A stretch of 32,000 nt of DNA from Candidatus Saccharimonadota bacterium. Lineage in GTDB: Bacteria > Patescibacteriota > Patescibacteriia > 2-12-FULL-60-25. The translations under genes were made by a program, and so were the position numbers. Below, piece by piece: positions 1 through 7,208 of this stretch; positions within the stretch are counted from its first letter, which is position 1; the number at the start of each line of letters is the position of its first letter. Below the pieces are notes generated by a model. That model had not been told where the DNA came from. It ran no database searches and saw nothing but the letters and a program-made list of their open reading frames with translations. Location: assembly GCA_016699205.1 (NCBI GenBank), contig CP064964.1, positions 150,001-182,000 on the forward strand, written 5' to 3'.

Positions 1-3
1 GAT

Positions 4-1023
4 TTGAATGCCGTCAAGAAATGGGCAAAGGGATTGCTTTTTGTCTCAAGCGCCATCATCGCTATTATTTTAGGTTTTTTCCTGATCGGTTGGCCAAAGG
101 AATATCAAAAGGAATATGGCATCACCTGGAGCTCGCCCTACGCCTATGGTCTGGGGCTTAATCCGAATGATGGTTTGCGTCAGGTTTTGGATGATGTAGG
201 CGTGAGACGTTTCCGTATTCCGGCTTATTGGACCGACATCGAACGCGAACAGGGGAAATACGATTTTACGATTTTACGCGAGCAACTCGACGCAATTGCG
301 AGCCGCAATGGAAGCGTGATACTTGCCGTAGGTTCACGTCTTCCGCGTTGGCCGGAGTGCTGGGTTCCGGAATGGGTGACACAGGTCGATCTTGCAACGA
401 GACGCTCCGTGCAGCTCGCTTATCTCCAGAAAACATATGCGATGTTTAAGGATCATCCCGCTGTTAAAGCTTGGCAAGTTGAGAATGAAGCGATGTTCAC
501 GTTCTATGTTGAGTGTCCGGGACTCACGAAGGAGCTTGTGGTTGAAGAGTTGCGTTATGTAAAAGGCGAGGAGGCCAAGCGCTCAAATCCTCGACCCGTC
601 TACACAACGGATTCTGGCGAGCTTTCGCTTTGGATCGATTGGGCGGGTGAGGTCGATGGTCTTGGGGTAAGCCTGTATCGCACCGTAACGAATCCGTGGC
701 TTGGAGTGATCCGATATTGGTTTATTCCGCCATGGGCTTATGTGCGTAAAGCTTGGCTAGCCCACTTTTTTGTCGGACCGATTTTTGTCAGTGAATTCCA
801 GATGGAACCGTGGTCGGATTTTCCGCTGGAGAACACGAGCTTGGAAGACCAGTATCGAACGCTCTCGATTGATCAGATGCGCAAAAACTTTCTGTATGCC
901 AAACGGCTTGATATGCCGGCCGTCGATTTTTGGGGAGCGGAGTGGTGGCTGTGGATGCGGGATAAGAAGGGGAATGCCGAGTTTTGGAATGAAGCAAAAG
1001 CATTTTTTCAGGCGTCGCGATAA
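4..1023 (+). CDS. Membrane-anchored TIM-barrel (clan GH-A, GH5/GH42-like) glycoside hydrolase; possibly 5'-partial
   Basis: 339-aa ORF with an N-terminal TM helix (LLFVSSAIIAIILGFFLIGW). Glycosidase-like motifs: WTDIEREQGKYDF, acid/base-like VENEAMF, nucleophile-like VSEFQMEPW. The start is TTG at 4 and the frame is open to base 1, so the true start may lie upstream of the window. Confidence 0.55.
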   Translation: MNAVKKWAKGLLFVSSAIIAIILGFFLIGWPKEYQKEYGITWSSPYAYGLGLNPNDGLRQVLDDVGVRRFRIPAYWTDIEREQGKYDFTILREQLDAIASRNGSVILAVGSRLPRWPECWVPEWVTQVDLATRRSVQLAYLQKTYAMFKDHPAVKAWQVENEAMFTFYVECPGLTKELVVEELRYVKGEEAKRSNPRPVYTTDSGELSLWIDWAGEVDGLGVSLYRTVTNPWLGVIRYWFIPPWAYVRKAWLAHFFVGPIFVSEFQMEPWSDFPLENTSLEDQYRTLSIDQMRKNFLYAKRLDMPAVDFWGAEWWLWMRDKKGNAEFWNEAKAFFQASR

Positions 1024-1098
1024 TGATCGCTAAACGAGTTATCCACAAGCGTCGTGCTATCATTAAAATACGAATAATTATTTCCTTTCATCGTTTCT

Positions 1099-1338
1099 AT
1101 GATGAGTGCTTCTAAGGGCTGTACAGTACACATGGCCGCGTTCTGGCTTATGTGGATCGGTGCTGTTAACTGGGGCTTGGTCGGCGTAGGCGGCTTTCTC
1201 GGAAAGAACTGGAACGTCGTTGGTCTCTTGCTTGGCCGCTGGCCGCAGGTTGAATGGATCGTTTACATCCTTGTCGGTGTATCCGCTCTCGCGATGCTCA
1301 TGAAGGACAGCTGTGCCATGTGTAAGACGGCTAAATAA
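1099..1338 (+). CDS. DUF378-family small membrane protein
   Basis: 79 aa with two TM helices and the DUF378-type signature IGAVNWGLVG. A strong terminator follows immediately. Confidence 0.7.
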   Translation: MMSASKGCTVHMAAFWLMWIGAVNWGLVGVGGFLGKNWNVVGLLLGRWPQVEWIVYILVGVSALAMLMKDSCAMCKTAK

Positions 1339-1352
1339 GCCGCCCTCACGTC

Positions 1353-1389
1353 AAACACAAAACCCTCCATAGCGGAGGGTTTTGTGTTT
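1353..1389 (+). terminator. Intrinsic terminator
   Basis: Perfect 16-bp stem AAACACAAAACCCTCC / GGAGGGTTTTGTGTTT with a 5-nt loop and a T-rich 3' arm. Confidence 0.8.
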
Positions 1390-1504
1390 ACTTTTTCTTT
1401 TCCCTTCTTTGCACTTTCACCGACAAGTCCTGGCTTTTGAGAATGTATTGATGGAACTATTGACGAGATCGAGTAGATACGTCGTGATGTGCGCGGAGGA
1501 TGCC

Positions 1505-1951
1505 ATGGCGCGTGCAATCGTTCATTCACTCTTGTACGTCCTTTTCTTGGGCTGCGGGCATGCCGATGGTTTGCGTGTCGAGTGGAATGAGGTGCCGTCG
1601 ACGAGTGCGTCACGCGCTTCATCAGAGCCGCTGGTCGAGGAAGAGTCGCTTGAGACGGAGGAGGATGTGTACGCGCTCATGATCGGGCCGCTGCGCGATC
1701 CGGTCATCGACGTAACCTTCTACGATCCATCCGACGGCCGCTTCACACTCACATCGTTCGAGTGCATGTGGCAGGGGAGACGCTGCGTCGGCCATATGCC
1801 GTATGAAGCGCGCCGCAGCCACTACTTTACGGTCGATACCGTCCGGCACTTGTGTCCGGATGTGAGGCTCTACCGTAATGGCCTCGAGATCGATTTGGAG
1901 CGCTATCGGCTCCGATCCTGCGCCTTTCTCATGGAGGCTGACCCGGATTGA
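1505..1951 (+). CDS. Hypothetical secreted Cys-containing protein (148 aa)
   Basis: GGAGGA at 1495-1500 lies 4 nt before ATG 1505. The N-terminus is signal-like (MARAIVHSLLYVLFLGCGHA) and codons are GC3-rich. The longer ORF from 1382 would start inside the upstream terminator. No family recognised. Confidence 0.5.
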   Translation: MARAIVHSLLYVLFLGCGHADGLRVEWNEVPSTSASRASSEPLVEEESLETEEDVYALMIGPLRDPVIDVTFYDPSDGRFTLTSFECMWQGRRCVGHMPYEARRSHYFTVDTVRHLCPDVRLYRNGLEIDLERYRLRSCAFLMEADPD

Positions 1952-1976
1952 CAGGGTAGCCGGTCTGTGATATCAA
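1948..1976 (+). promoter_or_regulatory. Sigma70-like promoter: TTGACA, 17-bp spacer with TG, then TATCAA
   Basis: Perfect -35 TTGACA at 1948-1953 (overlapping the TGA stop of the upstream gene). The 17-bp spacer ends in TGa (extended -10), followed by the -10 TATCAA at 1971-1976. Confidence 0.45.
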
Positions 1977-1982
1977 AGAGCT

Positions 1983-2200
1983 CGCCAAGCCGGAGCTGTT
2001 CCGGTCAGGGTGTGCCAAAGGCTAGAAGTTTGCCGAGTAGCGCACGCTCCCCAAGCCGTGAACCAGAGACCCGAACCAGAGGTAGACATGCGCATGTGCA
2101 GCCTCGCTCGCGATCCCTTCACGTAGACTCGCTCCTGACGATCACGTGCCAACCCCGATCGCTGTAACCCCCGACACATAAAACTGGTGTCGGGGGTTTT
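1983..2200 (+). ncRNA. Candidate small RNA of about 215 nt, family unknown
   Basis: The stretch lies between the predicted promoter (1948-1976) and a strong terminator (2166-2200). It has no plausible ORF or SD. Internal direct repeats: CCAAGCCG x2, GAACCAGAG x2. It also has a 12-bp palindrome ACATGCGCATGT and a hairpin CCGGAgctgtTCCGG. Confidence 0.3.
2166..2200 (+). terminator. Intrinsic terminator (copy A of a repeated hairpin)
   Basis: AACCCCCGACAC (loop) GTGTCGGGGGTT followed by TTTT. The arms are identical to those of the hairpin at 7154-7186. Confidence 0.75.
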
Positions 2201-2225
2201 CTTATTTTTAGGCAAAGACCGTCGG

Positions 2226-2253
2226 TTGACAGAAAAAAATAATATCGTACTCT
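2226..2253 (+). promoter_or_regulatory. Putative promoter TTGACA-16-TACTCT
   Basis: Perfect -35 at 2226-2231 and a weak -10 TACTCT at 2248-2253, upstream of the SD-led gene at 2281. Confidence 0.35.
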
Positions 2254-2280
2254 CTCATTGCTCATTCATAGGAGGAGCGC

Positions 2281-2874
2281 ATGCGAGAATATCTCAAGAA
2301 GTTGAGTCTGGTTTTTTCAGGTGTTTTCATGGCGACCGCACTTGCCATGTGCGCACCCGGTGGAATGGAGATGATGGGTGACGCCATGGTCGACGCCGGG
2401 CACATGCTGAGCGACGCAGCGGATGACGCGACGAGCGACGCAGCCGCCCAGGAGTCCTGTGCAACGAACTGCTCGACGGGAGGCGTTCTGCGAGTCATGA
2501 CCGCTGATACCGATCCTGCGCAGCTAGTAACTGCTACCGTCATACATGATGGAACCGGCTCGTCCGAGTCGTTCGAGGTCGTAGCCGGTCCGTTGGTCCT
2601 GACGGATTTGGGCTTTGCCAGGGACGGCGTTCCGCATCTGGAGTTTCGTGTCTCTTCACTTCCTGATTGCCCATTCGGGCCGAGCGTGACGGACGCCCCT
2701 CCGTTTACAGTAATCGCACTGGATGACCAGAGCGCTACTTCTGTAAACACTCGCTACAACCATGAGATCCACGGAGGCCGGTATTACATACCGGAGGGTT
2801 CGCGCCTGTGCGCATACCTCGCCGGTGATACTACGTGGTATGTACGCTACGCTGGTTTCAGACCCTACAACTGA
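2281..2874 (+). CDS. Hypothetical secreted protein or lipoprotein (197 aa)
   Basis: TAGGAGGAG lies 3 nt upstream of the ATG. The signal peptide has an imperfect lipobox (FMATALAMC). Codons are GC-rich and a hairpin follows the stop. No family recognised. Confidence 0.55.
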   Translation: MREYLKKLSLVFSGVFMATALAMCAPGGMEMMGDAMVDAGHMLSDAADDATSDAAAQESCATNCSTGGVLRVMTADTDPAQLVTATVIHDGTGSSESFEVVAGPLVLTDLGFARDGVPHLEFRVSSLPDCPFGPSVTDAPPFTVIALDDQSATSVNTRYNHEIHGGRYYIPEGSRLCAYLAGDTTWYVRYAGFRPYN

Positions 2875-2880
2875 CAACAA

Positions 2881-2907
2881 CGACCCTCATGTCAAACATG
2901 AGGGTCG
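2881..2907 (+). terminator. Terminator-like hairpin
   Basis: 11-bp perfect stem CGACCCTCATG / CATGAGGGTCG with a 5-nt loop. The downstream T-run is weak. Confidence 0.5.
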
Positions 2908-2931
2908 AACTTATATTTAAGATTAGTGAGG

Positions 2932-2960
2932 TTGACAGAAGGTCAAAATGGGGCTAAACT
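2932..2960 (+). promoter_or_regulatory. Putative typA promoter TTGACA-17-TAAACT
   Basis: Perfect -35 at 2932-2937 and -10 TAAACT at 2955-2960. Only 10 nt separate the -10 from ATG 2971, implying a leaderless or near-leaderless mRNA. Confidence 0.5.
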
Positions 2961-2970
2961 TCGCCCACTT

Positions 2971-4782
2971 ATGTCCGCTATCCGCAATATCGCGATTATC
3001 GCCCACGTCGACCACGGCAAAACCACCTTGGCCGATGCGCTTTTGAAACAGAGCGAAACCTTCCAGGGTAAAGGCCTTGAAGGTGACACCATTCTCGACA
3101 TGAACCCGCTTGAACGTGAGCGCGGTATCACGATTTTGGCTAAAAACGTGGCTGTCGCGTATGGCGGCAGCAAAATCAACATTGTCGACACTCCAGGTCA
3201 CGCTGACTTTGGCGGAGAAGTTGAACGTGTTATGAGCTTGGTCGATGGAGCGCTTTTGCTCGTCGATGCCAAGGAAGGTCCGATGCCTCAGACGCGCTTT
3301 GTTCTTAAAAAGGCGATTCAGGCCGGACACCGCATCATTGTCGTTATCAATAAGATCGATAAACCGGATGCACGCCCAGACTGGGTTGTTGATCAGGTCT
3401 TTGATTTGTTCGTCACGCTTGGTGCAACGGATGCCCAGACGGATTTCCCGATCGTTTATGCCTCGGCTAAACAGGGTAAGGCTGGTTTGACGCCGAATCT
3501 CGAGGAGATGACGGATATCAAGCCTTTGTTTGAGACAATTATTAAAGAAATCCCGGTTCCGAAGAATGACCAGACCGGTCCGCTTCAGGTTTCTGTCGCG
3601 AACGTGTCTTACGACAACTATAAGGGTAAGACAGGTCTTGGACGTGTTGTGCGCGGCATTTTCCGCCCAGGCAACGTGATCTGGATCAACCGTGATGGCG
3701 TAAAGGCTCCTGCTAAGATTACGACCGTGTACTCGTTTATCGGTCTTGGAAAGATCGAGGTTCCGGAAGCTGTTGCCGGTGACATCGTTGCTTTTGCCGG
3801 TATTGAAAACTTGAACATTGGTGAAACGATCGCTGACGTGAACCAGCCAGAAGCTTTGCCGGTTATCAAGATCGAGGAACCGACGGTTAAGATGACATTC
3901 GCTGTTAACACCTCGCCGTTTGCCGGTCAGGAAGGCCAGTTCACCACCTCGCGTAACATTAAGGAGCGTTTGGATCGTGAATTGCAGAATGACGTTGCTT
4001 TGCGCGTTGATCCAGGATCTGGCGATGGCTCGTTCGTTGTCAGCGGTCGCGGTGAATTGCATTTGTCGATTTTGATCGAGCGCATGCGCCGTGAAGGATT
4101 TGAGCTTCAGGTTTCCCGTCCGCAGGTTATTTTCAAGGAAGAGAATGGCCAGAAGACGGAACCGTTTGAAGAAGTGACGCTCGAGTGTCCGGAAGGCGTG
4201 AGCGGATCGGTTATTGAAAAGATGGGACGCCGCAAGGGCGACATGAAGGACATGCGCGTCGAGAACGGTACGGCGTATCTCCAGTTTGAGATTCCGACTC
4301 GTGGTTTGATCGGCTACCGCACAGAATTCATGATGGACACGCGCGGTCAGGGTATTTTGAACACCTTGTTCCTCGGTTACCGCCCATTCGTCGGTTCAAT
4401 CGACGGAACACCGCATGGCTCGCTTATCTCATTTGAAACGGGCGAGTCCAACAGCTACGGCCTCATGGCTGCCCAGGAACGCGGACAGATGTTTATCGGT
4501 CCTGGCGTCAAAGTCTACGAAGGTATGGTTGTCGGACAGAATGCCAAGGCGGAAGACTTGATGGTGAACATTTGTAAGGAAAAGAAACTTTCCAACATGC
4601 GCTCCAAGGGAGATGGTGTTGCCGAAGGTTTGACCACACCGCGCTCGATGTCTTTGGAAGAAGGTCTCGAGTATCTCGGTGAAGATGAGCTTCTCGAAGT
4701 CACGCCAGTCAGTCTGCGCATCCGTAAAACATTCTTGAAAGAATTTGAGCGCAAGCGCGCTGATCAGGCCAAGAACGCCTAA
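2971..4782 (+). CDS. typA: Translational GTPase TypA/BipA
   Basis: Motifs: G1 AHVDHGKTT, G3 DTPGH, G4 NKID. The full-length EF-G-like domain order has a BipA-type C-terminus. The start was chosen at MSAIRNIAIIAHVDHGKTTL rather than the upstream GTG at 2926. Confidence 0.95.
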   Translation: MSAIRNIAIIAHVDHGKTTLADALLKQSETFQGKGLEGDTILDMNPLERERGITILAKNVAVAYGGSKINIVDTPGHADFGGEVERVMSLVDGALLLVDAKEGPMPQTRFVLKKAIQAGHRIIVVINKIDKPDARPDWVVDQVFDLFVTLGATDAQTDFPIVYASAKQGKAGLTPNLEEMTDIKPLFETIIKEIPVPKNDQTGPLQVSVANVSYDNYKGKTGLGRVVRGIFRPGNVIWINRDGVKAPAKITTVYSFIGLGKIEVPEAVAGDIVAFAGIENLNIGETIADVNQPEALPVIKIEEPTVKMTFAVNTSPFAGQEGQFTTSRNIKERLDRELQNDVALRVDPGSGDGSFVVSGRGELHLSILIERMRREGFELQVSRPQVIFKEENGQKTEPFEEVTLECPEGVSGSVIEKMGRRKGDMKDMRVENGTAYLQFEIPTRGLIGYRTEFMMDTRGQGILNTLFLGYRPFVGSIDGTPHGSLISFETGESNSYGLMAAQERGQMFIGPGVKVYEGMVVGQNAKAEDLMVNICKEKKLSNMRSKGDGVAEGLTTPRSMSLEEGLEYLGEDELLEVTPVSLRIRKTFLKEFERKRADQAKNA

Positions 4783-4794
4783 TAAGGAACGAAG

Positions 4795-4826
4795 AAGCCC
4801 CACCGGAGTGATCCGGTGGGGCTTTT
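4795..4826. terminator. Bidirectional intrinsic terminator
   Basis: 12-bp stem AAGCCCCACCGG / CCGGTGGGGCTT with a 6-nt loop. It sits between convergent typA and the 276-aa gene and is flanked by A- and T-runs. Confidence 0.8.
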
Positions 4827-4839
4827 CTGTAGCGCCGAA

Positions 4840-5670
4840 CTAGTCGGCGACGAGGATGTAGAGGATACCCTTCTCTTGGTCGATGAACTCGGGGAAGTTG
4901 CCACCCAGCCAGAGATCGAGGAGGGGCTGGCACTTTGCCGACTCTTCCGGAAGGCCCTCTTCGAGCATGGCGATCGGGTAAATCAGCGTATAGACGAGGC
5001 TGGACGTTCGGTCAACTTCGAGTATGCCGACCGACGAAGGCTTCTGGGGTGTTCGTAGCGGTTTTTCCTTCCTCGCCTTCAGAACATTCATCGCAGCCCG
5101 CCGGATTGATTGATGGAGCGAACGTTGGAACTGCAGTTCCAACTCTACCCGAATTCTTTCTTCGAAATCTTCGTGGATTGTTCCGTTGAAGACTTTGTCC
5201 ATCGCTTCCTGTGCGCAGTTGACTGCGCAGTCGAACAGATGGCCCTTTACCGTGCTACGGAGCACCTTGTTGAGCTTGGCCGCGTAGCCTTCGTCGATGA
5301 AGACTTCTGCCCAGTCATACACAGCGTCCAAGACGGCGTCGCACTTCTTCCCGTGCTCCTCGTACTCAGCGTCTGTAGCCTCCACACCCGACTCCTTCTT
5401 GAGTCTAAGAGCTCGTGGGAGATAGTGCGGAGATGTGTACCCACGCTTCTCATAGTCGTCGTACCGATTCCGCTCATGATGACGCAGAACAACAACTTCT
5501 TTGATCTCGCACCAGAAGATGGCGCTCTTGGCTCGTGACTCGAGGTCTGGCATCGCCTTTTGAAGCTCCAGACACTTGCCTTTGAAAGGCCGGAGGATTT
5601 TCAGAATGGCGGCACCTTTGCCGGGGAAGTACTTATTCCAGTAAGCGACCTTCCAAACTTGGTGTTTCAA
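4840..5670 (-). CDS. Hypothetical protein (276 aa), no recognisable domain
   Basis: TTG start preceded by AAGGAG at 7-nt spacing. Codon usage is GC3-rich (aag/gag/gac/ctc). The protein is predicted to be mostly helical with several Cys. It lies 74 nt downstream of, and co-directional with, the ORF6N gene. Confidence 0.6.
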   Translation of the reverse strand: MKHQVWKVAYWNKYFPGKGAAILKILRPFKGKCLELQKAMPDLESRAKSAIFWCEIKEVVVLRHHERNRYDDYEKRGYTSPHYLPRALRLKKESGVEATDAEYEEHGKKCDAVLDAVYDWAEVFIDEGYAAKLNKVLRSTVKGHLFDCAVNCAQEAMDKVFNGTIHEDFEERIRVELELQFQRSLHQSIRRAAMNVLKARKEKPLRTPQKPSSVGILEVDRTSSLVYTLIYPIAMLEEGLPEESAKCQPLLDLWLGGNFPEFIDQEKGILYILVAD

Positions 5671-5744
5671 GGTCCGACTCCTTTTGACCGCATAGCGGGC
5701 CGCTTTTTAGCGACCCTGTTTCTTACAGGAAAAATGAGGTTCTG

Positions 5745-6257
5745 TCAATCCTCCCTGAACCCTATTTCCGGCTTGGGGGAGTCATCGGTTTCCAGTAACC
5801 GACGAAGGGCATCAAACACCATTTTGAATTGCTCATCATACTGCTTTTCCAGCACCTCGAGCTTGCGGCGAAGATGGTCGTTTTCGGAGATCATTTCTCG
5901 GAGTTTGGTGAAGGTTCGGATGATTTGGATGTTTACCATGACGGCACGCTCACTCTTTAATACGCTCGAGAGCATGGCGACGCCTTGTTCCGTGAAGACG
6001 AGAGGTAATTTACGTAGTCCCATCCGCTCCCGATTGGAAGTCACAAATTGTGACTTCCAATTTTTTAGCTCAACTTCGCTCAAGTTAAACATAAAGTCTT
6101 CCGGAAAGCGTTCAAGATTGCGTTTGACTGCCTGGTTCAAGACTTTGGTCTCAACCCCATATAGCTCCGCCAAATCTCTATCAAGCATGACCTTTTTGCC
6201 TCTTATCAAGAAAATTCTACCTTCTATTCGTTCAAATGGGACGATCGTTGTATCCAT
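5745..6257 (-). CDS. ORF6N (KilA-N-like) DNA-binding domain protein
   Basis: Characteristic ORF6N sequence: IRGKKVMLDRDLAELYGVETKVLNQAVKRNLERFPEDFMF...LVFTEQGVAMLSSVLKSERAV. The C-terminus is coiled-coil. ACGGAG SD lies 7 nt upstream of the ATG. Confidence 0.85.
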   Translation of the reverse strand: MDTTIVPFERIEGRIFLIRGKKVMLDRDLAELYGVETKVLNQAVKRNLERFPEDFMFNLSEVELKNWKSQFVTSNRERMGLRKLPLVFTEQGVAMLSSVLKSERAVMVNIQIIRTFTKLREMISENDHLRRKLEVLEKQYDEQFKMVFDALRRLLETDDSPKPEIGFRED

Positions 6258-6376
6258 GCATATACTCCGTTCGCTTTTTTAAATCTTTTGTCAATCATAA
6301 GGCTCGAAACTTGACGAATTAGCGAAAAAACGGCGAAATAGGCGGATAGCCCATAGAGGAGCTATAGGAGGCGAGA

Positions 6377-7147
6377 ATGCCGGAATTTCTCTTGGTTGCG
6401 ATCGCCGCAACCCTGTTTTGCCTCATCAGGTATCAGAGCATCCGTCTCTGCTTCAACTACCTCAGACGTTCCTTCTTCCGAACAGAGCGGCCAAAACCCC
6501 GCTACAACCCCTACCGGGACAATCCGGAGGTCGAACGGGATCGCTACCGCGCAGAGGCGGAGCGACTGGCGCTCGAGCTGCAGCAAGCGCATGACGAGCT
6601 TCATGGGACACGTATGGAGCGCGACCTGGCCATCCAGGATCGTGATCTGCGGGCTCTCATGGCTCGTTTCCGGCTCGGTAGCGCTTTTGCGCTCGGTGCG
6701 CTCACTTGCTTCACCAGCGTGAACGTGGTGCCGCAGATCGCGAGCGACATGCTGGCGGAACGGCCGCCGCATGTGCGCCCGACTCGATCCGCACACACCG
6801 AGCACTCAGCACGGCGCGACGATCTCATGATCGGCCTGCTGACGATGTCGCAGCGCTACTATCCCTATGCGGCTTGCGTGCCGGAAACCTGCTGCCATCG
6901 GAGCCGTCTCAGGCTGGTGGATTTTGCAGGGATCACGCTCCGGCTTGAGCCAGCGCCGCTTCCCATCCAGTTCTTCTGGTTGCAGCCGCGTGAGGTCAAC
7001 GAGGTGACCAGCACGAGCGGGGGAGAGGCCCCTCCCTCGAGGCCGCAAACTCCCCAGCCGACGTGGATCGAGCGCTACGCGCTCCCCCATGGCCGCGAGT
7101 ATGCCAACTACGGTCCTTCCGGCATCACCATGATCGCACTCGACTGA
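6377..7147 (+). CDS. Hypothetical membrane / coiled-coil protein (256 aa)
   Basis: AGGAGG lies 5 nt upstream of the ATG. The third codon position is very G/C-rich in this frame. Domain order: N-terminal TM, an Arg/Glu-rich coiled coil, a second hydrophobic segment, and a Cys-containing C-terminal domain. The terminator at 7154 follows directly. Confidence 0.55.
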   Translation: MPEFLLVAIAATLFCLIRYQSIRLCFNYLRRSFFRTERPKPRYNPYRDNPEVERDRYRAEAERLALELQQAHDELHGTRMERDLAIQDRDLRALMARFRLGSAFALGALTCFTSVNVVPQIASDMLAERPPHVRPTRSAHTEHSARRDDLMIGLLTMSQRYYPYAACVPETCCHRSRLRLVDFAGITLRLEPAPLPIQFFWLQPREVNEVTSTSGGEAPPSRPQTPQPTWIERYALPHGREYANYGPSGITMIALD

Positions 7148-7153
7148 AACGTA

Positions 7154-7186
7154 GAACCCCCGACACCAGCCTGGTGTCGGGGGTTC
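7154..7186. terminator. Bidirectional terminator hairpin (copy B of a repeated hairpin)
   Basis: 15-bp stem GAACCCCCGACACCA / TGGTGTCGGGGGTTC with a 3-nt loop, between convergent genes. The arms are identical to those at 2166-2198. Confidence 0.7.
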
Positions 7187-7208
7187 ATGATTTCAGATGA
7201 ACTCATAG

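Noticed and set aside
1382-1504. Longer 189-aa version of the ORF ending at 1951
   Set aside because: It would start (GTG at 1382) inside the 3' arm of the strong terminator at 1353-1389. The internal ATG 1505 has a GGAGGA SD and yields a signal-peptide N-terminus.
1983-2165. Identity of the candidate sRNA as SRP RNA, 6S RNA, tmRNA or RNase P RNA
   Set aside because: It has no SRP helix-8 GNRA-loop motif (only a loose GTCAGG resemblance). It has no RNase P GAGGAAAGTCC box, no tRNA-like T-arm or tag reading frame, and the ends do not pair into a 6S-like rod. The family is left unknown.
2923-4062. 379-aa ORF antisense to typA
   Set aside because: It lies entirely within and opposite a gene with unambiguous TypA/BipA motifs. 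Its sequence is Arg/Asn/Phe-rich with no start context, a typical shadow ORF.
5560-6282. 240-aa plus-strand ORF overlapping the ORF6N gene
   Set aside because: It is antisense to a clearly recognisable ORF6N domain. The translation is Ser/Leu/Arg-rich low-complexity with no SD.
6362-7090. Five alternative ORFs (75-147 aa, both strands) inside the 6377-7147 gene
   Set aside because: They are expected by-products of stop-codon depletion in 60-65% GC sequence. None has an SD, and only the 256-aa frame shows strong G/C bias at the third codon position.
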